Below, piece by piece: positions 29,312-38,659 of a stretch of 42,508 nucleotides of DNA. The notes beneath the pieces are model-generated. The model made no database searches and was not told the origin of the DNA. It worked only from the letters and a program-made list of their open reading frames with translations. The number at the start of each line of letters is the position of its first letter. Position 1 is the stretch's first letter. This stretch comes from a virus. Made by a program: the position numbers and the translations under genes. The stretch covers positions 1 through 42,508 of the IMG/VR virus record IMGVR_UViG_3300027852_000018. One strand, written 5' to 3'.

Positions 29312-31165
29312 TTATTTGCTCTTGATTAATTCGTGCATTGCTTTTATTGCGTTTTTATCGTTAATGCCTTGTGCTTTTTCTAAGCCTGCTTTGCCCAATT
29401 TAACCGCCATTCCTGCAACCGTTTCCTGCCCTGCTGCTGCTCTTAACGCAGTTTCTTGAGCCGTGGTAATCTCGCCTTTAAAACTTCCGGCCGCTACCGC
29501 TGAAGGGAAACGCCTTTCTAGTTCACTTACAAATATAGCTTGCGATAAAATATCATCGTTGAACTTCACGCCATTTTTAGCTGCTATTTTCTCCATCTGC
29601 TGGATAGAGTCCATAATCTGAACCCTTGAGACCTGATTACCTATAAGCCTACGAGACATTTGCCCCATGATTTTATTGGCATTGCCTGATAGCGGGTCGA
29701 ATTTCTTACCTGTTGCTTGCTGCATCAGTTCCAATGCACCTTTGGATTCTGCAAAAGTATTATTGGCTGCTGCGTATTTTTTAGACTCAGACTTTAAAGA
29801 TGTATTAATGCTCTCTCTTAAGCCTTTAAGAATTCGTTCGGCATCGGCATCCAAACCGCCTTCTCTGTTTTTGCCCCAGGTTACTTGTTTATCAATGAAG
29901 CGTTTTAACTCGTGGGCTTTTTTTCCATCCATTGAGCCACCAACACGCTTAAACACCATGTTTAAAGCTCTCTTTGCTGTGCCTGACCCCTCCATTGAGG
30001 AACCTTTTAATATTAATTGGGATGTTTCAGGGTCAAATCTTATGCCTTCTTTTTGTAGTTTCTGCATAAAATCGGTTGCGGCTTTTTGGGTGTTTATCTG
30101 CTTACCTGCTAATTCTGTTTTTACAATGTTATCAATGCTTTTTCCTGCCCGCTTGTTTATACCGCTTACCGCTTGCCATCTGCGCATTAAGGAGCTGCCA
30201 GCAACATCACCTGGCCTAGTGCCTGCCGCTATTTTTTTGTCAGTCAAGCCCCTAGAAACCTTTTTAAGCATTTTCCCATATTTAACTTTGTCCGCTCTTG
30301 AGGCCGTATTTATTAAAGATATAACGCCCTCATCATAGCCCTGGGTCACGGCTTCTTTAGAGGGTTTGTGAGTTTTAAGCTTGCCTGCGCCATTGACCAT
30401 TTTTGTTGCCACTGTGCTCTCAGCTTCACCCTTTTTAATCATTTCGATCATTTGTTTTTTAGTGGGGTCAAGATATCTGAATATCTCGCTTTCTGGTGGT
30501 TTAGGTGTAGGCTTTGCTGCTGTCGGTTTGGGTGTGGCTAAATGGCCTTTCATTGCTTTGGCTACAAAAGGCGCTGCCATCATTAAAGCGGTTGGGGCTG
30601 TTCTTGCCACGGTTGCGGCTAATGGGCTGTCAGTGGCCTCAAGTGTCCGTTCACCTAATGTCTTACCTAACCCCTGGGCTTGTACGTTCTTTAGTGTTTC
30701 GGCTGCCTGATCAAGTCCTTGACCTGCCACAAGCTCACCCAACCCGGCTAAACCCGATATAGGGAAGTTAACCAGATCAACACCCTTTTTCATCAGCTCG
30801 CCTACGGTTTTAAGGCTTTCAACTTCTGCTTGAGTCTTTGGTTTGCGCGTCAAAGCTTCCTTAGTGCCCGCCACGGCCTGCGCTCCCGCTCCTTCATCAG
30901 CGAATGGGTTTATTGATTGCGCTATTCCTGCGATGCCTGCTAGTGGCTCAGTCGCAATTGCACTGCCAAGGGTTAACGCTGCACCTAGCTTCCCGCCTTC
31001 ACCTGCTGGTAATTGTTCTTCAGCCTGAGCAGTAGATAAATCACCACCGTCTCGCTTGGCTCTTTCTTCAGCCACACGCTGCCTTAACACATCCGAATCA
31101 GGCTCTATATCATCGGGGATATTGTCTATTGTTATGCCATCTTTAGTTTCAATAGAATAAGGCAT
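29312..31165 (-). CDS. Internal virion / DNA-ejection protein (P22 gp16 position, 617 aa)
   Basis: Size and order 215/385/617 aa before the tailspike mirror P22 gp7/gp20/gp16. Ala/Gly/Lys-rich helical sequence. Confidence 0.4.
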   Translation of the reverse strand: MPYSIETKDGITIDNIPDDIEPDSDVLRQRVAEERAKRDGGDLSTAQAEEQLPAGEGGKLGAALTLGSAIATEPLAGIAGIAQSINPFADEGAGAQAVAGTKEALTRKPKTQAEVESLKTVGELMKKGVDLVNFPISGLAGLGELVAGQGLDQAAETLKNVQAQGLGKTLGERTLEATDSPLAATVARTAPTALMMAAPFVAKAMKGHLATPKPTAAKPTPKPPESEIFRYLDPTKKQMIEMIKKGEAESTVATKMVNGAGKLKTHKPSKEAVTQGYDEGVISLINTASRADKVKYGKMLKKVSRGLTDKKIAAGTRPGDVAGSSLMRRWQAVSGINKRAGKSIDNIVKTELAGKQINTQKAATDFMQKLQKEGIRFDPETSQLILKGSSMEGSGTAKRALNMVFKRVGGSMDGKKAHELKRFIDKQVTWGKNREGGLDADAERILKGLRESINTSLKSESKKYAAANNTFAESKGALELMQQATGKKFDPLSGNANKIMGQMSRRLIGNQVSRVQIMDSIQQMEKIAAKNGVKFNDDILSQAIFVSELERRFPSAVAAGSFKGEITTAQETALRAAAGQETVAGMAVKLGKAGLEKAQGINDKNAIKAMHELIKSK

Positions 31166-32322
31166 TAAAAATCCACTTTTATTTTTTTAGATTTTTTAGG
31201 CTTATTCTTTAAAGTACCAGATAATGTTTCTAGCTCTGCGTTTTCTGCTTCTAACTCGCGTATAAATTCACCCAATAAGGCTTTGTTGACTTCCTCATCA
31301 CGACCAACACCAAACATGGCCTGCTTCATGCCTTTGACGTCCGCATCTGTTGGCCTAATTTCACCCGAAGCTTTAAGCTTTTGTCGTGCCGCAACTTCAG
31401 CGAAAGCATTAAACTGTTCGTCAAATTGACCTTGGCTTGAATAAACCCCTGGGATAAACCCTGCCGCTTGTCTGCCAGCACCACTTCTGGCGCCGTTTTC
31501 AAATTCCGTTAGAAATTCTTTAGCCTTTATTAGAGCCTGGGTTCGTCCTATATCTGAACCTTTTAGGGCTTTATGTCTTGCTACGTCTGTTTTTATGGTT
31601 CCCAGTGCTTTTTCTGTTTCAACGCGCCCCGGTCTTTCGCTCTCTATAATTGACGCGGCTATATCACCCGATGTATCAAGCTCTACGTTTGCCTTGCCTT
31701 GTGCTGCTGCTGTTGCCGTGCCGCCAGCTAAATCAATTTTAGATTGCAGCGCTGCCTCTAATGTTTTCATTCTTTCTGGGCCGGTAACTATGTTGCCTTC
31801 CGGGTTCAATACTTGAGATGTGTTATTTGGCAAGCTCTGAACTACAGTCCCATCGGGGTATATTTCTGTTTTTGCAGATGATAACCCACTTTTACCCTTG
31901 CCTAATGTCGCAAACTGCTGTGTACTGGACATAACAGCATCAAGCTCACCGTTATCGAGTCCGTCTGCTAAATTTTGTTCTGTAAAACCAAACCTGTTAA
32001 TAAGCTCCGGAGCCATCAACCCCATTACAGCCGCTCTTTGGTCTTCATCTTCAATCTCTCTCAATGATTTGGCCGCACTGTATACCTCAAAACCATCCTG
32101 AGCGGTTATTTTTCGTCTGCCATGGCCAACGCTTTGCTCTAAGCTCTCTTGCTGCAGAGGCGCCATAAGGGCTTGCTGATCTGCTTGCTCATCTTTGAGC
32201 TTACGATCTGCCGCAATCTCACGTGATCGTTGCATGTTTAGTAATGAGTTTTGAAATGACTGCAACCCCGCTGAGGTATCCGCTGGCTGTAGTCCTAATA
32301 ATATGTTTGGATTTAATGGCAT
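31165..32322 (-). CDS. Internal virion / DNA-ejection protein (gp20 position, 385 aa)
   Basis: Synteny, with Gln/Ala-rich helical composition. Confidence 0.4.
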   Translation of the reverse strand: MPLNPNILLGLQPADTSAGLQSFQNSLLNMQRSREIAADRKLKDEQADQQALMAPLQQESLEQSVGHGRRKITAQDGFEVYSAAKSLREIEDEDQRAAVMGLMAPELINRFGFTEQNLADGLDNGELDAVMSSTQQFATLGKGKSGLSSAKTEIYPDGTVVQSLPNNTSQVLNPEGNIVTGPERMKTLEAALQSKIDLAGGTATAAAQGKANVELDTSGDIAASIIESERPGRVETEKALGTIKTDVARHKALKGSDIGRTQALIKAKEFLTEFENGARSGAGRQAAGFIPGVYSSQGQFDEQFNAFAEVAARQKLKASGEIRPTDADVKGMKQAMFGVGRDEEVNKALLGEFIRELEAENAELETLSGTLKNKPKKSKKIKVDF

Positions 32323-32332
32323 GTTTTAACCC

Positions 32333-32980
32333 TCAAATTAATGCCCCAGCGCCCATACCTAACAGGCCGCCGTATAGCTGATCAGCACTCTGTCTGATTT
32401 GGTTTTGAGCGTTTTGGCCACCGATTATCCCGGCTGATCTTGCGGTTCCAATATCGCTTAACAAATTAGATACGTTTGATCCTTCGCCGATACTCACGTT
32501 CGCCTGTGAAGTAGCTAAACCACGACCAAAGTCCAGTAATCCGGCTATGCTTTGCTTCTGATCCGCAATCAATGGCATGGCTGTTAGTAGTGAGTTTTGT
32601 GATAAGCGCTCTAACGTAGAGCCTGAGCCTAACTTGCCCCTTGCGGCCTGATTCGACATTGTAGAGCGGTTAACATTATCCAGCATTTGTTGAAATAACG
32701 GGTTACTTTGAAGGAAATCAAATTGTTCTTGAGGGTTTGTTAGGAAACTGGCTTGATCTAACCCTTGTTGACCAGGACCAGCAAACTTCTCTAAAAAACC
32801 TAAACCTTGTTGTGATGCGCGTCTTTCTTCGGCAATGGCCTGTTGACCACCCTGAACTTGTGCCGCTGTGCCTGCTGCTGTTGCCCGTCTCGCATCTTCT
32901 CTAGCTGCTTCCGTCCCTGAAAAATCATCTACTATGCCAAAGGTACCAATTTCAACAATACTGTCAACTGCTCCGCTCAT
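32333..32980 (-). CDS. Internal virion / DNA-ejection protein (gp7 position, 215 aa)
   Basis: Synteny, with Gly/Gln/Ala-rich composition. Confidence 0.35.
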   Translation of the reverse strand: MSGAVDSIVEIGTFGIVDDFSGTEAAREDARRATAAGTAAQVQGGQQAIAEERRASQQGLGFLEKFAGPGQQGLDQASFLTNPQEQFDFLQSNPLFQQMLDNVNRSTMSNQAARGKLGSGSTLERLSQNSLLTAMPLIADQKQSIAGLLDFGRGLATSQANVSIGEGSNVSNLLSDIGTARSAGIIGGQNAQNQIRQSADQLYGGLLGMGAGALI

Positions 32981-33351
32981 GGTTTCGCCTCGTATATTGC
33001 CAAATCATCTTTATATTCTACAAAGTTAAACAGAATGCTTGCTATTGATCGTACAGGCTTTCTATCTATTCTTATTGTCGTTAGCACTTTGTAATCTTTT
33101 TTTAAATCATCAATAACGCTCTTGCAGGCTTGTACCGCTATTTTACCACGTTTACACTTTTTAACACCCGCATGGATCACCGCGCAGCCATTTTTTGTTC
33201 TTACCGGGAAAACCATATCTTCAAATACATAAAATATGGCATCTGGTAAATTTATGAATTCCTGTGTAGCCTCAACCCCATCCATTAAACCAGGGTTAAT
33301 TTCCGGGTCGTTTAATAATGGTAATAGTATCTCAGGATCTTTGGTTATCAT
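32977..33351 (-). CDS. Hypothetical protein (124 aa)
   Basis: ATGA-coupled ORF in the tail module. Confidence 0.55.
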   Translation of the reverse strand: MITKDPEILLPLLNDPEINPGLMDGVEATQEFINLPDAIFYVFEDMVFPVRTKNGCAVIHAGVKKCKRGKIAVQACKSVIDDLKKDYKVLTTIRIDRKPVRSIASILFNFVEYKDDLAIYEAKP

Positions 33352-33692
33352 GTTTCAGTAGTTCCCGAAAGGTCCGCATTTATTACTGCAGCCGTTCCAG
33401 CAATGGCCTCTACCTTCATTGAGCCGCCTAGTACGTGACCAATCAATTTATTTATTCTTACTGTTTTCATGGCTGGAATGGTTTCTTTCCACAACCAGTC
33501 GCCGCCGCTGCCATCGGTTGCAGTCGTAGCGCTTGCTATGCGCCATAATGTTACCTCAACGTTTGAGGTTGACGTGTTCGTTAGTGTGGCATTACCAATG
33601 AACTTCTTTTCGCTGCTTGCTGTGCTGGTTAGCACCGTAGCCGTTAAGCCTATTTGCGTTTCACTTGTAAAATTATCTAATGTTGTTGCCAT
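33348..33692 (-). CDS. Hypothetical Thr/Ser-rich beta protein (114 aa)
   Basis: Coupled ORF in the tail module. Confidence 0.55.
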   Translation of the reverse strand: MATTLDNFTSETQIGLTATVLTSTASSEKKFIGNATLTNTSTSNVEVTLWRIASATTATDGSGGDWLWKETIPAMKTVRINKLIGHVLGGSMKVEAIAGTAAVINADLSGTTET

Positions 33693-34757
33693 TTATAAGA
33701 CCTCTCGACCAATAATAAACACTTTGAAATCCAATAGGCCCGACAAATCATCATTAATTACAACTTCTAGCGCATCGCCTTTGCTTTCATCAAGCGTTAC
33801 CCACTCCTCTAAAGGGTTTGAAAGTTTTAGCATTGTGTTAGTTCCATCGGATAACTGATTTACTATTAATGAGCCTGCCGTAATCATATCGCCAATACTT
33901 GATATATTTCCCGATGATAAAACCTCATTATTGTTAACGCGCCTAAAGTTTATCCCAACGCCTAATAATGGAACGCCCAATATGGCATTATAGCTTATGC
34001 CAAATCCTGTTGCGTTTTCTGTAGCTCCTGCAACTGTCACAATGCTGGTTACATTATCTGTGATAATAAAATCAACACGCTTATATTGTACTACTTGCCC
34101 CGCGCTTAGATTGGTGTGGTACGTTAACGCGCCTGACTCCTGAAATTTTAATTCATCAAGGTAATAGTCCTGAGTAGGGCCACCCGTATTTACGGTTTTA
34201 ATTACCATTTCGTCTATATCACCAGTAGCGCCGGCTACGCTCAACGGGATTGCAAAATCCTGCCACACATTTAGAGTTGATCCATCTATATAATCACCAA
34301 TATTAACCTCTGCGCCATCTATTACACCGGCTAGTCGTAATAAAAAGGTAATTTCGTTGTTGACATCATTGTACCTTGTTAGATATATAGAGCCTGTGAA
34401 AACTAAATACGTGCCCGCTGCTATTGCGCTTGATCTTGTTAATAAGGCTTGGTCTCCGTTTGATGTGGCTGTGGCATCAATAGACTTTGTGCCTGCTTTG
34501 GCCTGAGCCGTACTTGCAAAATCCCATGTTCCTGATAATGCGCTGGCTGTCCATAAAACTGAGTCTGTACCATCATGAATGCCATCACTTGCACCCCCTG
34601 CCGAGCCATCGACATTTAAAAACGGGCTTCCATTGTCATTAACCAGAGGGGTAATTACAGATCGATAAGACCGCCTTTCCTGCGTTGTAACTACAAGACC
34701 GCCGTTCTCAACTTCTGATACCTCACGGTTAGCGTTTGCAATTACCGTTTTTTGCAT
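33693..34757 (-). CDS. Virion-module protein with carbohydrate-binding-module-like beta-sandwich (354 aa)
   Basis: The segment GSIYLTRYND...NVWQDFAIPL...DYYLDELKFQE resembles CBM/galactose-binding-like folds. Weak. Confidence 0.4.
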   Translation of the reverse strand: MQKTVIANANREVSEVENGGLVVTTQERRSYRSVITPLVNDNGSPFLNVDGSAGGASDGIHDGTDSVLWTASALSGTWDFASTAQAKAGTKSIDATATSNGDQALLTRSSAIAAGTYLVFTGSIYLTRYNDVNNEITFLLRLAGVIDGAEVNIGDYIDGSTLNVWQDFAIPLSVAGATGDIDEMVIKTVNTGGPTQDYYLDELKFQESGALTYHTNLSAGQVVQYKRVDFIITDNVTSIVTVAGATENATGFGISYNAILGVPLLGVGINFRRVNNNEVLSSGNISSIGDMITAGSLIVNQLSDGTNTMLKLSNPLEEWVTLDESKGDALEVVINDDLSGLLDFKVFIIGREVL

Positions 34758-35317
34758 TAAATTTCATCCGCATTTGGTAACTCAATTACAGAAACTATGC
34801 CGCTCACTGTGCCTGTTGCCGCTACCCATTCCAACGCTACGGCTTTACCTGGGCTAATGATTATTAACGAGCTTGTCTTTAGGTGGAATAGCTTGTCAAC
34901 CGTATCTAATTCTAAAAAGAATATTGTTCCGTCATCCGTTAACCCGGTTGTGTCAGTATCACTTTTCACTGTTGCGCCCAGGTTCGGGGATTTAACTGTA
35001 TTTCTTGTTACTGGCGTTATATCTGCTCCTGCTGTAAAAGTAGGCGTACCGGTTACTTTTTTAATGTACATTCTACCTGTAGTGGTGCCACAGCTAACCC
35101 TTGCATCGCTAATGGCAATGTCCTTTGTTCCTGTGTTGGTGATATAAAAGAACTTATCATTTGCGCCAACAGGGTCTATGTCAAAAAAAGGCAAAGACCA
35201 AACCGTCCCGTGGTGGTGGTTTTCATGGGCGTCGAATAACTCGCCAACGCTCCTAGTCTTAAGTCTGTTTTCCTTGGTTACACCCGCATAAGGGCCATTA
35301 GGATCATCAATTTGCAT
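34757..35317 (-). CDS. Hypothetical beta-rich virion-module protein (186 aa)
   Basis: Coupled ORF containing HENHHHG. Confidence 0.5.
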   Translation of the reverse strand: MQIDDPNGPYAGVTKENRLKTRSVGELFDAHENHHHGTVWSLPFFDIDPVGANDKFFYITNTGTKDIAISDARVSCGTTTGRMYIKKVTGTPTFTAGADITPVTRNTVKSPNLGATVKSDTDTTGLTDDGTIFFLELDTVDKLFHLKTSSLIIISPGKAVALEWVAATGTVSGIVSVIELPNADEI

Positions 35318-35469
35318 TATGTCAACTCCGGGTCATTTAGTAATTGTAAATAGTCTATGTCTTGCGCATCACTTAATATGATAATTAAGGCCATTAATAA
35401 TTGGTTGTTTCTCTCAAGCAACTCTTTAACTGTGGCCTCATGCTCTATATTGTCCGGCTCAAAGCTCAT
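35317..35469 (-). CDS. Hypothetical protein (50 aa, below track cutoff)
   Basis: ATGA overlap upstream and TAATG overlap downstream. I checked that the frame is open. Confidence 0.55.
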   Translation of the reverse strand: MSFEPDNIEHEATVKELLERNNQLLMALIIILSDAQDIDYLQLLNDPELT

Positions 35470-35963
35470 CGTGCATACCACTCATCTTCATCAATGAAAT
35501 ATTGTATAGTTAAAGTTGTTCCCCGTCTCACAATAGCGCCTGCGCTGTTACCGTTTATATTCTTTCCGTTACCAGAAAACTTTATTTTTGAGCCGTCACC
35601 GTTTCTAAGTATCACCACGTCATTAGCTGCTGGGTATTGGGGTAATGTAATCAAACTCCCTGATTTGGCGTTAACAAAGTCAAAGGCTACCGCTGTATAA
35701 TCTATGCTTTTAGATACTGCGCTATATTCTTGAAATATCTGAGATGATAGATCAAAACTATTGTTTATTGGGCTTGTGGGTTCGCTATCAGATGCAAGAT
35801 TCCATGCAAATTGCTCTTGAATTGAGATGTTAGTCACAGTATCAGTTGAGCCGTCTAGTGCAGTCCATAGCTGATTCAAAATATCTTCAAGGTTGCGCTT
35901 GTAGTGCTCACTATCAATTCGAGAGCTTCTTAACACAGCAATAGGAGGGTTAATATTAGACAT
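35466..35963 (-). CDS. Tail plug/needle-position protein (165 aa)
   Basis: It follows the gp10-like gene, as gp26 does in P22. No sequence motif recognised. Confidence 0.3.
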   Translation of the reverse strand: MSNINPPIAVLRSSRIDSEHYKRNLEDILNQLWTALDGSTDTVTNISIQEQFAWNLASDSEPTSPINNSFDLSSQIFQEYSAVSKSIDYTAVAFDFVNAKSGSLITLPQYPAANDVVILRNGDGSKIKFSGNGKNINGNSAGAIVRRGTTLTIQYFIDEDEWYAR

Positions 35964-37366
35964 TAGTACCCGTGTTCCTCTAAATCTGCTGCTGCTGCAT
36001 GAATTGACACCTTAATAGGGTCGCTGACTCTAATTTTAATAAGTAATTCGTACCCGCTGGCAAAGGTGAAATACTCCACTTTCTTTAAATAGTCTCCCAT
36101 CACACCGGGGCTTACAAATTGCTCATCCTGCCAAGTCCTGCCACCATCTGCGCTATGGGTTAACATAAAAACAGGATCAACACCTTGCCCTGAAGCCAAA
36201 CCAACGCCGGTTTCTATGATTAGCTCAAACCTGCTCATCAAAATCCGTTGACCTGGCTTACCGATATCTATAGCGGTTATCGGTCTAATGACGCGCTCTC
36301 TTATAAGTATATCGCCTACATCGTCGTTGGTATCTCTATCTAAATAATAAATATTTCCGTTTCTGTGATCTGTTACCAAGTTCTTGCCGAATGCCCAACA
36401 ATAACCGTTGCCTATGTCTCTAGCGTCATCGTCTGCTATTTCAAACCAGCTACCATTGGTTTCATTATACACCCAGGTTTTGTCCGCTGTTGGGAATGTA
36501 TATATTACAAAGTCTTGCCCCTGGTACTTGATGGCATCACAGAAACAGTCTGACACATCAGCGTAGCTTTCAAACGCATTATTAATGGCTATAGTTGATA
36601 TTTGCGTTTCTTGATAGCCTTTCAGCTTATAGGCTGTTTTATCGCCACCTAGAAAATAAGCAGCATCTTTTGTGTTAGTTACCGCATGAATCCCGGCAAT
36701 ACCAATATTAATAATGCCGCCTTCAATACGATCAAAGGGCGGGTTTCCTGTGCCTGAGTTATACCAAGGCTCTATGGTATCAACGCCGAACAAGTACAAA
36801 GCTTGATCAAAAGCATAGACACGAGTTAAGTCATCACCTTTGGATTCTGCTGTGCCGTAATTTAAACCGTCAATGCTGGAGCCGTCACCTGCATCACTCA
36901 CCGCAAAACGGCCTGCATCACCGTCATAAATCATTTGACTGTTTAGGAAGGTCGTGCTGTTTGGTGTCTCTAAATCCGAATCGGTCACTTCTGTAAGACT
37001 GGCACCGTCTGTACGCCATACCCTGCCGCCTGTCACTATATAAAGATAATAGGCTGAAGCATCAAATACACACCTATCAGTACCGGCTATAGTGCCAAGA
37101 GATGTTTGCACACCTGCTGAATCAACCTTATAAAGATCAGTTCCATTTACAACAAACACACTACTATTGAATGTATTTTTGTATATGCCTCGGTTAGTTC
37201 CTGAACCTGTTGAAAATGTAGCTTTACCAGGCCAGGAGATTAAAGCCTTTTTGACCTTGCCTGTTGGTTCAACCTCTGGATAAAGGTTTTTAGTGACCTG
37301 AGCAGATAACGGCCTGCTGTTGTGCTCATAAGCCTGGTCAACTATGTCAATAGGATAAGTAGGCAT
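35963..37366 (-). CDS. P22 gp10-like tail hub / packaged-DNA stabilisation protein
   Basis: 467 aa against 472 aa for gp10. NGTDLYKVDSAGVQTSLGTIAGTDRCVF parallels gp10 CGGKLYKGESEVGDVAGSGRVSMAH. C-terminal SRFELIIETGVG...GGRTW... parallels CFDLEVESSTGV...DGINY.... Confidence 0.6.
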   Translation of the reverse strand: MPTYPIDIVDQAYEHNSRPLSAQVTKNLYPEVEPTGKVKKALISWPGKATFSTGSGTNRGIYKNTFNSSVFVVNGTDLYKVDSAGVQTSLGTIAGTDRCVFDASAYYLYIVTGGRVWRTDGASLTEVTDSDLETPNSTTFLNSQMIYDGDAGRFAVSDAGDGSSIDGLNYGTAESKGDDLTRVYAFDQALYLFGVDTIEPWYNSGTGNPPFDRIEGGIINIGIAGIHAVTNTKDAAYFLGGDKTAYKLKGYQETQISTIAINNAFESYADVSDCFCDAIKYQGQDFVIYTFPTADKTWVYNETNGSWFEIADDDARDIGNGYCWAFGKNLVTDHRNGNIYYLDRDTNDDVGDILIRERVIRPITAIDIGKPGQRILMSRFELIIETGVGLASGQGVDPVFMLTHSADGGRTWQDEQFVSPGVMGDYLKKVEYFTFASGYELLIKIRVSDPIKVSIHAAAADLEEHGY

Positions 37367-37965
37367 TAGCTTAAAAATTTAGCAGGGTTTGAATACCTGC
37401 CTTTCCTGGATTGTCGGTTAGCTTTTGCTATAGCAATGCTAAATTCATTTGCCCAAAATCTTGAGAGCTCAAACTCTCTCGCCCACTCGCTGAAGTATTT
37501 CATGCAGCCAGTGATATATATTCTTGGGTAATTAGTTAAAATATCGTTTGTCGCGTTTGTATCTGAAAGCCCTGTTAGCTTCTTGTAGTATTGCATCTCA
37601 ACCGTGTAAGCCTGATCAGATACCTTGTTGAATTCTAGCTGTGATGTAATCGTGTAGCGTGTCGGAGCGTTTGCACTTGAGCTAACCTCAAGTGTTTCTG
37701 GTGGGACAAATATAATATCAAAATATTCACTATCTATGAGTATTTGGTGCTTCCTCATTGAGAGAAACCCGTCCGGTAGAGCTAAGAATCTGTCCACTGT
37801 GCTAGTTGTGCTAGTTGCCCTAACCTCCATTTCACGAACTTTAAGAATTGTCCACATTTCAGTTTCAGCAAGATCAATAAACGTATCAATATACGAGAGC
37901 ATATCGGTACGTTTAGCGTAAGCCTCAATCGTTGATCTTAACTCAGTGTAATTGTCTAAAGCCAT
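37366..37965 (-). CDS. Head-to-tail adaptor (gp4 position, 199 aa)
   Basis: ATG 37965 (MALDNYTEL...). The Arg/Lys-rich track extension to 38046 is the alternate frame of the neighbour's Lys-rich tail. Synteny only. Confidence 0.45.
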   Translation of the reverse strand: MALDNYTELRSTIEAYAKRTDMLSYIDTFIDLAETEMWTILKVREMEVRATSTTSTVDRFLALPDGFLSMRKHQILIDSEYFDIIFVPPETLEVSSSANAPTRYTITSQLEFNKVSDQAYTVEMQYYKKLTGLSDTNATNDILTNYPRIYITGCMKYFSEWAREFELSRFWANEFSIAIAKANRQSRKGRYSNPAKFLS

Positions 37966-37978
37966 AGAAAAAAGAGGG

Positions 37979-38161
37979 CTATGAAGCCCCCTCCTCCGCT
38001 TTCTTCGCCGCTTTCTTGGCAGGCTTCTTTTCTTCCTTAATCTCAATCATCCATTTCTTACTGAAATGATCTGGATTAATTCGGAATTGATCACCATGCG
38101 CTTGACGCTGCTGACCATAGAAACCAAATCCGCCATGCGGGAAATGTGCTTTAACTAACAT
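37979..38161 (-). CDS. Small protein with Lys/Ala-rich C-terminal tail (60 aa)
   Basis: Ends KEEKKPAKKAAKKAEEGAS. Lies between the cement and adaptor genes. Confidence 0.5.
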   Translation of the reverse strand: MLVKAHFPHGGFGFYGQQRQAHGDQFRINPDHFSKKWMIEIKEEKKPAKKAAKKAEEGAS

Positions 38162-38171
38162 ATCCTACCTC

Positions 38172-38648
38172 CTAGGTTATTGTGTAACCGTTGGCATATG
38201 AAATGTCAGTATTGCTCACCATGTTTTGCGGCGTTAAAAACGCTGAACAAGTGATAGTAGGTGAAGTACCAGCAGTTGTATAACGAATACCTAAATACTG
38301 TGCGCTTTCTGCAAGTGTAGTAGGTGGCACGTTAATAACAAACTGGAATCCAGCTACAAGCAAGTCAGCATCCTGTGCAGGAGCGCCAGGAGTGCCGGAT
38401 TCAAATACACGTCTGCCCACTAATTGGCGTCCAGTAGTTTGAGCGGCATCCGTCGCATACTCAACATCAAAAGTGTAATCTTCATCGCCTGTGGTCTGAT
38501 CCGCTGCTACCTCAACAGTAAATACAACTGCCATGGGATTACCGTTACCAATACTACGGTTAACAGATAAATCAATTTTGTCTGCCCCCACTGCTGATGT
38601 TGTTACAGCCTGAGAATCAGAGAAAAGGTTATCATTATCAATATACAT
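38172..38648 (-). CDS. Bbp16-like capsid cement/decoration protein
   Basis: LFSDSQAVTTSAVGADKIDLS...GNGNPMAVVFTVEVAA matches the N-terminal pattern of the BPP-1 Bbp16 family as I recall it. Directly after the capsid gene. Confidence 0.5.
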   Translation of the reverse strand: MYIDNDNLFSDSQAVTTSAVGADKIDLSVNRSIGNGNPMAVVFTVEVAADQTTGDEDYTFDVEYATDAAQTTGRQLVGRRVFESGTPGAPAQDADLLVAGFQFVINVPPTTLAESAQYLGIRYTTAGTSPTITCSAFLTPQNMVSNTDISYANGYTIT

Positions 38649-38659
38649 TTAATTTCTCC

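Noticed and set aside
37966-38046. The Arg/Lys-rich N-terminal extension (MRLRKKRSLPRKRRRKRRRG...) of the adaptor-position ORF.
   Set aside because: It is the alternate reading frame of the Lys/Ala-rich C-terminus of 37979..38161. ATG 37965 (MALDNY...) follows that gene's stop by 13 nt.
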